A stretch of DNA of 54,104 nucleotides, taken from contig JALJEE010002719.1 in assembly GCA_023231475.1 (NCBI GenBank), positions 1-54,104 of the forward strand, given 5' to 3'. How positions within the stretch are numbered: position 1 is the first letter of the stretch; each line of letters begins with the position of its first letter. Positions 23,541 to 37,666 of the stretch are shown here, in pieces. This DNA comes from Seison nebaliae (taxonomy: Eukaryota). Both the position numbers and the translations under genes were made by a program. Under the pieces are notes generated by a model, which made no database searches, was not told the origin of the DNA, and saw only the letters and a list, made by a program, of their open reading frames with translations.

Positions 23541-26237
23541 ATCTAATAAAAAATAATGAATTAGAACAACTATCAATATATGAAATAAGAAGAATTCGTG
23601 TGAAGAAGATTGAGTGAAGAATAAAATGTTTTCAATTCCTTCCGGTCTTCAATTAATACTTACAAACGAATATTTACGTTGTCATATATGTCAATTTGTT
23701 GAGTGAGAACGATCAGAAACAAGAAAAGTAGTTCGATGAAAAATTTTCTTCTTCCTACGAATTGGAAATACGAGAGACGAAAATGAAGACCTATTTCTTT
23801 TCTGAACAGATTTATGATGATTAGAAAGAAAAAAGATGAAGAAGGAGAAGAATCTTAAAGGATAAATTAAACAGGAAATCGCATTCCATTAAGGTCTTAA
23901 TACTACAACCGGATGTTAAACGTGTGCGTGGATGAGAAAAGGATGATAGTTGAGAGCCTCAACTTGAGACATTTGAAATTTCTTCTACATTCTCTGTTGT
24001 AACAATACACATGTGTATTGTGTGTTCGATAGTATTGATCACAGATAAAGATAGATTATACACTAAAATCATACAAATTTTACATATACAATCATCCATT
24101 CCCTAATCGTCTTACGTATATGATTTTCTCTTATTTCTCCTTCTTTTATATACATTTCGTCTGCCCACATTACATCTTTCCAATCAATCCACTTACAATT
24201 CACTAAAATACCAGTTGGATGAAGAAAGAAAACCCCCAAGACGCGTATTCCACACATTTCTCATTTATAAGGTGGTCGAAGAATACACGTTGGAAGAATA
24301 AATGTGTGATGTTATGATGGAAACTAATGAAAATCAACAGGAAAAATATTTCGAATGGAAACTGTACTGAGATTTGAAGATGATGATTATTATTAATAAA
24401 GCAATAAACTTACCCAAACAGGGAATGTGAACAGGTTCTTTCTCATTCTTCCACAATTCACTCTAGAGACTTCGTTTCTTTTCATAAGAATATCAATTTG
24501 AGATTAGTTCTTAACCTTTTCTTTTGCCTAATAAAAATCATGGCTAAGGTCGATAGACAATAAAGAAAAATGGTTTCGTCTTCATAACTTTCCCATCTTT
24601 ACTGTTTGCTGGTAGAGTGAGAAGGGTTGTCTCTCGAAATAAAGGTGAATAATATAATGATAATTCCAACCGTCTTTTTCTTAAATAGAAGATTAATAGA
24701 TTAATGTTTGATGAAATGGCATTCGTTCAACAAAATTGGTTGAATGGAACGGAATAGATATTCATTGGAAACAGATAAAATTCTTCAATTCGACAAAGAT
24801 TAAGTTAATCATGAACTATGAATAAAGGAAGGAGGGGGAGGAGATTTAGATTAAAATGATATTTAAAAATCTCTTTTATTAATTCTGACCAATGGTAGAA
24901 TTTCCGGTGAATATCTCTTCCTCTTTAATTATCTTCTTTCATACTGTTCCTTCTCATCTTATTCTCTCTTATAATCTGGCACACCATTGTGACAACAATA
25001 ATTATCACCAATGCATTTCCTTCATTCCACAACAAAGAATATGTCGTGATTGTATTCCCGATGCTAGGTTATGTACATATTATTGTCCTGTCTTACTTTT
25101 TTTTTTCAATTTCGACATATCTGTCATCTTTTAAAAGAAATTATTCGAGCGGAATTCACATATCTGTACGGGAAGATTTCGAATTAGCATAAGATGGAAT
25201 ATTTTCCATTATCATTAATAATTTACTTCGACAATCATTCGGTCTTATCATTTATTATCTAAAACAGTATCTTCTTGATAGGAAATTAATAAGTGAACGT
25301 AGAACTCCTCGTTCCATATGGAATAAACTTATTTTCGTACTTTGTTTACTTCTGGTCGACGAATGGAGATGGGATCGATCATTCTAATAGAAGCGAAGCA
25401 AACTACGATACTTTCCTTTTGTTCCTCAACCATTTCAAATTGAATTCCTTTCTCTAACATAACAAACTTCTTCTATATAAGAAATTATGAATATTTTATG
25501 ATGTTCTTTGATGTCTGGTGTCATGATAAATTGATAATCAATAAAAGATTCTCTCGAAAAAGAAGTTTTATTAATTTCGAATAATCAAACTTCACGAGAC
25601 TACATATGACTGAAGAAATGGAGCAATAAAGAATAAGAGAAGAAAATGATTCCGAAAGAGAAACATGAGGAATCACTTGTCAATAATGTCGCGAGTGATT
25701 TCTTTGTTTTTATTTATTTACATCATTCTCCTTTTATGAAAATAAACTTTAGTTCATAAAATAGTCATCAATTCTGACAGTGACGTAAGTAGTTATTACT
25801 TATCAGAAGAATTGTGTTTGAGATGAAACTAACGTAAGTCATGAAATTAATAAATTTTATAAACAATTATTCTTCAATCACATTTCTTTCTTAAACTAAA
25901 TTCCTTATCAATAGACAAGTGTGTATTGAATAAAACGATTAATTGTAATTAGTTTGTTTCAATTTAATAATATTTATCGTCATTTTATTCATTAATTGAG
26001 TTAACGAATTATGTACAAATGTGAAAAATAAATTGATATTTGTAAATTTACAATATTTCATGTGTTTTATGATAAAGAAATGAAGAAATATTAAAAGAAA
26101 ATTAAGAACATTGAAATAATATTTGCGCGTACTAAAAATCAATCACATCATATTACATTAGTCGATTGTTGGTGATCTTGAGAGGAAGAAATTTCAGTTT
26201 AAATTCATATACATCCACATTCTGTTGAATCGGGATA

Positions 26238-28719
26238 ATGACGATGTTAGACGAAAAGAATTTATTATAATGAATAAATTTTATTGATTTTCTCTCTAAT
26301 TAACAATCGGGTACGAAATGAAAAAAATGTGGAAATTTTAGATTGAATCCTATTCATCAGACATATAGTGATCTAATTGAAATCGACGTAGCTAATCGAA
26401 TAAAACGTGATAAGAACTCGGTAGATGTATCGATGAGATATTCGAACATTCCGAATAACGACCCGAATGTAAAGATGGTAGAGTTCTCGGTACGTGGACA
26501 TATTTTCATATTATCGCTCCATGATCTATATTGGACTTGCGTTCCAAAGAAGTCCCGAATGATAAAATTCTTAAATTATTTACGTGATCCTGAGAAGAAT
26601 TCTCAACCGTCATTCGTTACTTTACAGAAGATTACTCCACGACTTCCTCTTGTATACATCAATTGTAATGTAGAAATATTTCAAGCCATCCTCACATATC
26701 TACAAACAAGTTACGATTCTTCCTTCCCATAAATTCACCAGAAGATTTCTCGTAAATTCCTAAATAAAATCTCAATTCCTTCGACAAGAAAATTAGACTG
26801 TAATGGAATTATTAAATGGCATCAAATTACTAAAATGTCAGAATGAGAGAGATAACATCTTTGAACATACTTTCTGGAAACATCATAAAAACAACCAATA
26901 TAAAATATCAGAGATAAATATTAATTTCATTTTCCTTCCCAAACACCATATTAGATTCGTTTCATGTACCGCGAAGTGTCTGTGGACTGCAAGTGAAAAG
27001 TGAACTACTCTACTGGGGCTTCAACAATTTTATCATCAGTCAATGTTGCTATGTTCACTATTATTCCTATCAAGTTACTTCTTGATATTTAAACTGTTCT
27101 TATAATTTATTCCAAATTCATTTCACCTTCCTCAATTTTCCTACAATACAATTTTTAAATTATTATAATTATATTATTAGGACAAATTTAAAATGTTAGA
27201 AAAATTTGAAAAACATTTAGGAATGCGAATCGCTTCCGATCATGCTTTAGCGCGAACCGTCCACAGGAAACTCAGTCAACATTGGAAAACGGATAAAGAG
27301 AATTGTTTCAAACGAAGTCTTCATTTAATTTGTCGAGCGTTAATTCAAACATTCGGCGAACGACTTGAAGAAAAAGTCGAGTCAGAATTGAGTATTTTCC
27401 AGCAGAAGAAAACAAACAATTTTAAAGGACTACCAAATCATAAAAATAAGAACAACAGTAATAAGAACGATAAGGAAATGAAAACGACTGATGGTTATTT
27501 CGATGCATCGAGTCATATAGTTGAAGATGAAATTGAAAATCAGAAGAAAATTTATGAGATTGATGATAGTGATGATGATTATATTGAGGGAGATGATGAT
27601 CAAATAATTGAAAATGATGATGATGTACATAAGAAGAAGAAGAGGAAGGATAAACAAGTGATAAAAAAAATGAAGCTTTTACATCAGAAGACTAATAAGA
27701 AACGACAAGTTGTTTCGTTTATTTCGACAATTGTTCTATTATTTTCGATTGGGGGATTGTTGGGCGAGGAAGAACCGAGTTTGATGCAGAAATTACTAAT
27801 ACCTCATGAAGACGCTGAATTGAAATTATCGTTATTTAAAAATTCGAGTTGTTTTGATGGATATGATGAATTGACTGAATTTCAAGTTGTATTCGTTCGA
27901 CATTATGCATTCTTCATTATCGAATGGTCAACAACCTTATTCTTCACTATCGAATTTCTCCTTCATTTCTTCACTTCCTCTCACACTTTCGTCAATTTTA
28001 TGATGCGTCCATTGAACATTATCGATTTCATCGCCTTATTACCAATGTATTTGGATGAATTATTGATTTTAATATCTCCCGATTTCTATTATCGGAATGT
28101 CTCTTCAAGTGTCGTCGTTTATTTATTCCGTTTACTCTTGTTCATTAAAGTCATCCGAGTATTCATGTTATTGAAAGTGTTGAAACAATATCAGGAATTA
28201 CGAATTCTCTTCCTCTCATTCAAGAAGAGTATGAGAGAATTGAAAATGTTATCCGTCTTTCTTATCTGTGGAACGGCGGCGTTCGGAGTTTTATGTTTCT
28301 ATGCTGAATATGAACCGATCGATCTACAAATTAAACTCGACGATTTGACTTTCAATCAAAGTCGAGTACATCGTCTAGCCAATAATGCCCTAATGAAACG
28401 AAGTACATTTCCTTCCATCAGTATCAGTTTATGGTGGAGTATCATCACCATGACAACAGTGGGTTATGGAGATTATTATCCGAAGAAAACTTTCGGTTTT
28501 GTAGTCGGTGTCATTTGTGCAATGAGTGGAGTCTTATTAGTAGCGTTGACTATTCCCATTATAACGAATAATTTTACACTTTATTATTATCAATCGAAAA
28601 TCAGAGAACAAGTTTTGGAACAAACGAAACAACATCGAAGATTAGATGAAACGAAAGGCATCGACATATCCCATTTTAACAAAGAAGGTTTGAGTAAAGG
28701 TTTCGGACAATTTATGTAA
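26238..28719 (+). CDS. Voltage-gated K+ channel, divergent Shaw/Kv3-like; introns 26246-26341, 26710-26954, 27074-27180
   Basis: T1 domain with FHVPRSVCGLQVKSELLYWG...QCC (Shaw-type HxxxxVCG..EL.FWG..CC); NIIDFIALLP; pore WWSIITMTTVGYGDYYPKK; S6 GVLLVALTIPIITNNF. Confidence 0.9.
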
Positions 28720-29562
28720 ACAATTTGAAAAAAGTTTCATAAACTTTCCAACTACCAAGAAACTTGTAAGTGGAAATTGGAAATTACTTCTCAAAAATAA
28801 TTTTTAAAAGAGAATTTGATTGTGAAATGAAGAATTAGTAAATTTCTGATTATTATGATTCATTCCTTTTATGTCTTTCTTTCATCCTTCTACAAACTTA
28901 CGTAATGGATAGAAAGCTAAGAAATTAAGAAGGAAAAATGGATGAGACGATATGGAATGTAGATAAATGTCAGTATTTGTTCTAATCCAATAATATTTAA
29001 ATTACAATAAAAGAAAATACATGACTTCCGAAATGTATTCGAGACTGTTCGTGTTAGGTTAAATCAATCATTCTTTCCCAATATGAAGTAACATTGCCAT
29101 GGATTTTAGTTTGAATATATTTCATAATGTCACTCATGTTATTGTCTGCAATTCATTTATCAGCTCCTTATTTAAGTCAAATCATTGTTGTATCTTCTGT
29201 GATTTGTTCGTCTGTTCTTTTTTTTCTCAATCTTGTCTTGTATTTCTTGTCTTTCTAACTTGAAATATTGTAAAATAAAATTCGGAATTTGCAGGTTCAA
29301 TTTTTTCACTTCCTTCTTTTCCAATTTTCCATTTATAACGCACACTAATTTCTGTTGTTTATCGTCGCCCCCATATAAAAGGGAAGAGTGGACGAGTAAT
29401 AGGAAATTTCCACTTTTTATTAATTTCATCCATTTACCCGTCACCTTATTTGTTAGAGAGAGAATTTATTGATATTTTCAAGAATTTATTTATTTATTTC
29501 CCTCAAACAAGGTCATCAACAGATACACTTTTTATTAATTGTTTGTTATTAGTTTGGGAGTA

Positions 29563-30021
29563 ATGACTGCGACGAAAAGAATCATGAGAGAGATGGCATC
29601 TCTTCAGCAACAGCCATTGCAGGGATTCCAAATGGACTCACCAACTGCATCAAATTTTTTGAAATGGTCCGGTCTTTTATTGCCCACTAGTCAACCATAC
29701 AATTTAGGTGCATTCAGATTCGAAATCGAATTTCCTCCCGAATATCCATTCAAACCACCAAAGATCACTTTGAAAACAAGAATCTATCACCCCAATGTCG
29801 ATGAGAAGGGTCAAGTGTGTTTATCGATGATTCTCCCCGAAATGTGGAAACCAGCAACGAAGATGGTTGACGTGTTACACGAATTCATCAAAGTCATCGA
29901 TGAACCACAAATCGATCATGCTCTGCGCAGTGACATAGCGGAAATATTTATAAAGAAACCTTCGGATTTCTTACATACTGCCGGTGAAGAAGTAAAGATG
30001 TATTCGGAGAAGAGACCATAA
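29563..30021 (+). CDS. UBE2L3: Ubiquitin-conjugating enzyme E2 L3 (UbcH7)
   Basis: PYNLGAFRFEIEFPPEYPFKPPKI, RIYHPNVDEKGQVCL, WKPATK and C-terminal EKRP. Confidence 0.93.
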   Translation: MTATKRIMREMASLQQQPLQGFQMDSPTASNFLKWSGLLLPTSQPYNLGAFRFEIEFPPEYPFKPPKITLKTRIYHPNVDEKGQVCLSMILPEMWKPATKMVDVLHEFIKVIDEPQIDHALRSDIAEIFIKKPSDFLHTAGEEVKMYSEKRP

Positions 30022-30468
30022 ATATTTATTGAAATAAAAATTTATTGACGAACACTTCGTAAAATTTCATTGAGGAATAAAGAGATTTGATGGAGTTCCT
30101 TTAAATACACACACCAAGTGAAGAGAACTCCATTATAGATCCTAAATTTTAATATTTTTTTTAAATTTTCATCTTTATTTCTTTTTACAATTTCCTTTAA
30201 ATTTAGTTTTCAAAATGAAATATTTTTTACATAGTTGGAAAGACGATAAAAATATTTTGATAGAATTCAAAGAATTAATATTGTCGAATCTGGTGAATGA
30301 TCTGCCTTTGTCTTCAGAGATATGTTATTGTGGAGAATTATGTAGATATGAAGCAGTAGGTCCTAAGATCAACTTATATCACTACATGTTTACCTTATTT
30401 ACATAGTCATCAGTTCTACTTTAATAATTTCCTTCTTTAATACACATTCTCAAATTGAAAATTAGTGA

Positions 30469-33400
30469 ATGATAAGAAGACAGTTGACAGGAGATATGAT
30501 GAAGAAGAACATGTACACGTTCAGTTTTGCGGTCGATTATTTAGGAACTGCCGTGGCATTACCTCGTGAGTTTATGTATGAAGCTACTCTCTCTTGGTTA
30601 GTCAGTGACACTTATCTTCAGAATATGGTACAAGGATTCCTCAAGAAAGACGTGATTGATTCTTCGAAAGTTACCGATTTTCTTGGAACTGTTTTCCTTC
30701 TGATATCCCCACAAGAAAATGAATTGAAAGTTAATTAATTATTTAATTCTCCTTATTTGACAAAATCTTTTTTGTTTTTAAATTTAAAAAAAATTCCTTT
30801 TGGTCAGGTAGTTCAAAATAAATATATTTCTGATAATTCCAATGTGAATGTGGAAGATTTCAATTTATTCACTCATCAATTAACTGAAGTGAAATGTTTC
30901 CGATCTTACACTTTGGGCAGTTTGCCTGACAGAAAAGTATTCGGATATCTTTATCCAAATAAAGATGGGAAAGAAACGAAGAGTATCTATTTATTCGCCA
31001 CACACAAAGCATCCATCATACCAGCAATGAAGGAACACATCGACGAAGCAGGACGATATGTTGTAAATCGTGGTCTAACGGTTTTGAAGAATACCTGGCT
31101 TGGTTGTTCAGCATTTGAAGTTAAATATTTGGGAAAAGTTTAAATTTAAAAAAAAATCATAAATTGTAAGTAAAAAATGAATTGAATAGGGAACAATGGT
31201 GAAAAAGAATCTCATTCCAACCGATATCGACATATTGTACACGAAATTAGAGAAATTTAAAAAGAAGAATGTTATAAATACGAAAAATGAAAACTCGACA
31301 TTCCTCTTGACCATTAGCAATCGAAATTTGAGAATCATTTGTCCCAATACGAAAATGATCATGTTGGAGAAACATATTTGTGAGCTACGTCATTTTATCG
31401 GAGTTTTATTTCCTTAATCGTCCCAGTTATCTTTCATGATTTGTAGGCAACAAAACAAAAACAAATTTTTGGACTAATTTCTGAAGATTACAAGACGACA
31501 GATGTAGCTTTTCTCACTTACATATTTCGATGTCAAGAAGAGAAAATCGTTAAATTTTTCATTTGTTTTTGATGATTATTTGAAATTTTGAAGAAATTGG
31601 ACATTTTGGAACGTTTGAATAATGAAGAGAAAACGGCTCGAAATGAATTGGATAATTTTTGTTTCTCTTGTCCAATGTTCCAATACGTACAACTTTGTCA
31701 TATTATTGATGAGATGAAACAGGATCCGAATGTTGATGATGATCATATCGATTCATATTTATGTGGACGTGTCAATTCAATGGATGCGGACGACAGAATA
31801 ATTATTCATGGAAAGATTTTCGTTAATTTTACTCTCGCTACAATAAAGTTGTAGAAATTTGTGAATTTTTGAAAAATAGATTTATGAAATTCATTCGTCA
31901 GCTGGTCAGAATGAATTACATATGGCAGCAATCCGTCATATTTGCCAACAAAATCAAAAATCACATATCCATCAGAATAAGATTTGGAGTCAAGTTATTT
32001 GTGATATGTTGAAGGAGAATAATATAAAGAATACAAAAGAAGAAATTATCGGAGAAAATATTCAAAATTTATTTTATTATCATCAAAAGTTTTATGAGGA
32101 CGAAGGATATATTCATAAATATCCATCAGAAAAAAATGAATATTTCAATTATTTCTTCGATGGTAATTTAATTCAATTATATTGGAAGAAATATGATCAT
32201 CAACAATTACATCCTCAATCACTAATGAGATCACAATCAGTGACGAAGATGAAGAAGAAAAATTTCCTTTCATTATTCCAATCTAAATCCGTCCAAGTTG
32301 ATCAAGTACCAGAAATTCAGGAACCATCAAATTCGTCTGATATTATCGAAGATTATGAAGATTTGGAATTTTGTTTATTCCGTGAAAAGAATCTCGAAAG
32401 TCCTTCATCCATCAAAGTTATTTAGGTATTAATTCTATTATCATTAATTTTCATAATTTGAAGGAAACGGATTCAGATAAATATATACCGATTGCCGTCA
32501 CTCATCGAATAAAACATTTCCACACTAACATACCAGAAGAAAATAAAATATTACAACGTTCATTAACCGAAAAGAAAATTAATTCCGATGAAGATGACGA
32601 CGAATTTCAATCGCCAGTGAGAAGAAGTGTATCAATTGAAGCACTAAATCAAGACAGACGATTATCCATCATCTATTTGAGTAAATTACAAGGGAAACCA
32701 AAAGTCAATCAACATTTTCCTAAACTAAAAGAGATAGCTGAATCTGTAGATAATTCTCCAAGTGGATATAACGAAGAAAATGAAGATGATAACGGCACTT
32801 TGGATTATAGTTATGGTGCTCTGCCAACGAACGATAATAAAATTCAAGAAGCTCGAAGATTTAGTGTTTTTCCTACCGACAAAAATGGATATACGCCCAA
32901 ACTAATTGGGACACCAGATCTCTATCACGAACGACGAAATACAGCTATAGCATGTAGAAATAACATGATATCTTCTCACACACTACAAGATGATACATTA
33001 GATTTGAATACTCTTGTAAATCTGGAAGTGGAAAATCGGATTTCTCACGGTACCATCAGTTTATCTTCATTATCATCATGGCGTTAATTTGAAATTTTTT
33101 TTAAATTGTAGCACAAGATGACGATTTCACAGATGACAAGAAGAAAATGAAGAAATATCTTTCTTATAAATTGTTGTGGAAAACGGTCATCTCCGAAATC
33201 ATTACGTTAGTTCGAATGGTGGAAAAACGGAAATCAGCCCATAGTTAATTTTCTATTATTAAAATTCAATTAAATAATAATTAATAAAATTAGAGAAATT
33301 AGTGAGTATATTGAGTATTAGAGAACCGAATATTGTGAGAAGTAACGACAAAGTTTTCTATGAAGAAGTTCAAATATTTTTAAAAATAAATTCAATTCAC

Positions 33401-35138
33401 ATTCATTAACAGACAATGATGAATGTGAATAAATGTAAAGAGGATTGGAAAGAAGTTTTAGATGATCCTACAACACTACAACCATTCATCAAATTGAAAC
33501 AACTGGTAGTGAAAGGTGTTCCGATATCGGAACGTTTTAAAATTTGGAAATATTTAGGTCAACAATATCAATTGAGAGAGAAAAAGAGAAATTATAAGAA
33601 TCCTCGTTTAAGTCGAATTTCTATCGGTGATATACCGAAAAATATAGAAAGAACAGAATTCTTTCATGAATATGATTTGAATGAAAATTATAAATCTCTA
33701 CTCAATGAATTAACTAATCATCAACATGGAATTCTGATTGATTTAGGTTTCATCAAATTTAGCTCTTTATTTTACTATAAAAATAATTGTTTGAAGGAAG
33801 AACATTTCCTGATCACGATTATTTTCGAGATGAGTTAGGAGAAGGACAATTGGCAATGTTCAATATTTTGAAGGCGTATTCCATTGCCGATAATGAAGTT
33901 GGTTATTGTCAAGGATTGTCTTATATCGTAGGATTTTTATTGATGCATGTTAGTTTGGAAATAATAAAAAGTTTTAATAAAAATTCTTTAGTGTCAAGAA
34001 GAAGAAGAATGTTTCAATTTATTCAATCATCTCATGGTGAATATGAATCTACGATTTAATTATATTAACGACTTACAAGGACTTCAAGTTTTCAAATTGA
34101 AACTTTCATTATTTTATTTAATTATTTTAATTCTGAATTTGTTTCTAATTTTAATTGTTAAAATTAAGAAATGTTTCTATAGATTAGCAAGAATCTTATC
34201 CGAATATTCTCAAGATCTTCTACGACATCTTCTTTCTCTCGATGTCTCACTAAAATTGTTCGCAACGCCTTGGATCATTTGTTTATATGCAGGTAAATTC
34301 CCGTTACAATTCGCAGCGCGATTTTTCGGTTTTTCTTTTGTCCATCAAAATTTTATTAACTTTTTCAGATCTCTTATTTCTTTATGGAGAGGAGGCGATT
34401 TATCGAATGAGTACAGCATTATTATTGTCGCAACAATTAGATATAATTTCCATTAAATCGTTTGAATCGATGGCGAATTTTTTCCAAACAGAATTAGTTG
34501 AATGTGCCGAATTTGATGTGGAGAATATAGTGCAACAAGCCACATCATATGATTTGAGTGAGGTGTTACAAAAGATAGAAAATGAATTGAATGACAATGC
34601 ATCAATTGGACAATATGAGACAGATAAACAAGAAGAATTTATGAGACAAGAAAGTGAAGAAAAGAAACAAGAAGAATTATTATCGAAATATGAACAATTG
34701 GAAACGGAAAATGTTACACTCAAATCCTACAATGAAGTATTGAGTGATTTCAACAATAGAAACAAGAAGGAAATTCAAAAGTTGAAACATTTGCTGGCGA
34801 ATAAGAATTCACAAATTCTTCAACTGAAAAGTACTGAAACGAAAGATGCGATACGAATAGCTGCGCTAGAGAATTCGTTGAAGAAACTCATGAAACGATT
34901 GAAGTCACATGATGAGTTCGATATCTATTCTTTAGATTTCGACGTTAATCATATCGATAATCAATCGTTAGGTGTTAGTGTTAGTGATAGTGATAGTGAA
35001 TTAACATCAACAAGACGTACTATAAATTATACGAAACATCATTCGCAAGATAAGATGAGAAATCGACAATCTTTACCTCTTTTCACATTGAAACCGTTAA
35101 GCTTAATGAAAATGAATATTGAAAATAGCAACCACTAA
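30469..35138 (+). CDS. Rab-GAP of the TBC1D1/TBC1D4 (AS160/pollux) type: PTB-like domains, TBC domain and coiled coil; ~14 exons
   Basis: PTB-like FEVKYLGK and YIFRCQ; TBC motifs [47 protein letters not shown] and FATPW...[14 protein letters not shown]. Thirteen GTT..AG introns restore the frame. The start codon is uncertain. Confidence 0.88.
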
Positions 35139-35324
35139 AATAGTTTTGAATAATATTTTTTATTTTTGGTTTTTAAAATTTATAAAAAAATATTAAATGT
35201 TCTATTTAAGAATGAGCACCAGCTTCGTGTATTTTTCGAGAAAATAATTTAGGAAATCATATTTACATTTTCTAATATTTTCTTCGATTATTTTGATAGA
35301 TGTAAAATTGACGAATTTTCTTTT

Positions 35325-37666
35325 TTATTTCGTGTTCGTCATTTGAAATTTGCGTTTGTGAGTAAATGCGAAACATGTCAATAATTTTGAAAATGCTGTT
35401 CGGAAATCACGATTGAAAACGGTATAAAGGAATGGATTTATTGCCGAATTGACATATCCCAACCAAGTGATGAATTCAAACACTGAATTTGACGCTAAAG
35501 GACATTCGTATGATTTCAATAAGCCTTTCTCTTGTAATTCTGATAATATTGATTGACATAATGGTCCATAGAGGTAATAAGCGAAAAAGGGAAACCAACA
35601 TAATACAAAGACACCAACAATGATCCCTAACATTCTTGCTGCTCTTCTTTCCTTCTTCACCGATATCTTCTCTTTTCTATGCAAAGTTTTCGAGAGGTTT
35701 TGTGGATTGACAGTTGGTCGAAATTGTTGAGTTCGCGATTCGTCATTACCAATCTCATCACTCATTGGAGGTGCGATTGTTGAGTCGTTGGAATCTGATC
35801 TAAATTTATCAGATGATCCTCGTTTAAAATCGAAACGTATTCGCTTTTGAAATATACTTTTCCTGTGTCGAATCTCTTTTTTTGGTCCGTTTGCCAAATC
35901 ATCTTTCTCTTCTACTGATTCTTTCACATTATTCCCACTCGTTCTCATCACTTGATCATCAATTAGTCCGTTGGTTGTTGTTATCGTTGTTGTGGTATTG
36001 GCTGAATGTCGTTGATTGTCTGATAGTTTCAATTTATTTTTATTTGCCACCACAACGTCATTGGAACGTCGATTATATTTTCCACATCTTTCCGATCCGA
36101 ATTGTGTCAATGAATATTTCTTTGGTAAAGTTTCGGAACTTTGAGAATAAGTTAATTTATTAAATATTTTCATTCCATTCGTTAAATTACTTCCATGTAA
36201 CGTGTAACGACAATGTGAAACTTTCTTGGCGATTGTCCATCGATGCCAATTACTTATTCGACTTCGATGACTTTTCATACTGTCACTCTTTCCATCATCT
36301 AATTTTGCTGCAGCATTCGCTAATTGTTTCGCTTGAGCATGACGACGTTTTAAACGTTTTCTCGTTGCTCGAAATATTCGATAGTAGACGAAGAAAATAA
36401 GAATAACTGGAACATAAAAACTACCACACGCTGAATAAATGACATAACTCAATTTATCGGAAACAGTACAAATAAATTCGAAATCGATATACGAATATTC
36501 TTGTAAAGGAAATCGGGTGAAATTGATTTTATGATAATTCTTATAATCATCCATCTGTTGTCGAGCTGCGATGGTGGAGGTGAATTCATGTGAATGATTG
36601 AATAATTGATCAGTTGAGATGTTGTAATGAGATTTAAGAATAATTCGATAGAATGAATCATTCAATGACGAATTATTCAACATTTGAGGTGAGATTATAA
36701 ATTTCTGCTTTTCATGATTTCTCTCATTCATCGAATCATTCGATAAAATTGTTATAGATAAATCGGTTTCATTAAATTTACGAAAATTCTCATATTCTTC
36801 AATGAGACGTGTTGCATTTGCAAGAAATTCTGATTGTCCCCAACCGAAAACCGGAGGGACGGATACTAATGCCGAAATGATCCAAACACCCAAAATCATA
36901 AGCGTCACATTAAAACTCGTTCGACGTTTCGCATATTTCAATGGATCAGTAATGGCCCAATAACGATCTAATGCGATGATACATAAGTTCAAGATGGACG
37001 ATGTACATAACATGACGTCGAAAGTGAGAAAAGCTTTACAAAACTTTACACCGAGTTGATATGGCCATAAGTAGTTGGTGAATTTTAGCATAATATGAAA
37101 TGGAATAACAAGTAGTGCTACAGCCAAATCGGCGGAAGCTAATGATATGATAAACATATTAGCAACCGAATTTTTCAACGGACGATGAGTCAACACACTT
37201 AATATTACTAGAATATTTCCAATAAGACAACTCAACAATATCGCACCACAACCGGTAACTGTAGAATAGAATGTAAAATAAGAGAATGGAAATAAAAAAG
37301 GCAACTTTGTGCGATGAAGAATAATTTTTTCAAATTTTTATTATCTTTTTTTGAATCAACGTTATCGGAATTTGATTGAATTGTGAAAGAATTATCAATG
37401 GGATATCTTTGTTTTTGATATTGTTGATATTCATATAATCGTACCAACGTCCTGTCAATCGCATAATTCGACGAATTAACATTCGATAAGAAGACGATGG
37501 CGGGAAGAAGATTCTCATACGAATAATTTGAATCCGAAATTTTCGGTATTTGATAAGTATGAATAATTGGTTTCAACGGTAACTGATTCTCGGGAGTTGA
37601 GAATGTGCATCGATAGAATGTTATTAGAAAGAATAGTTGAAGTTCTCGAACGACCAACCATACCAT
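35325..37666 (-). CDS. Biogenic amine GPCR (tyramine/alpha2-adrenergic/5-HT1-like, Gi-type architecture); intron 37259-37305
   Basis: GNILVILSV, SLASADL, DVMLCTSSILNLCIIALDRYWAIT (amine-binding D3.32), YSACGSFYVP, long ICL3, KERRAARMLGII, CWFPFF and WLGYVNSAINPFLY; short C-tail. The GTT intron joins ORF 37232-37666 to ORF 35325-37304. Confidence 0.92.

Noticed and set aside
30090..30133. Inverted repeat ATGGAGTTC...GAACTCCAT downstream of UBE2L3
   Set aside because: A single short stem with no second copy or RNA-family motif; it could be chance.
30215..30406. 63 aa ORF as first exon of the TBC gene
   Set aside because: No GT..AG combination I tried joins it in frame to 30469 without a stop. 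It may be a uORF or a separate small gene.
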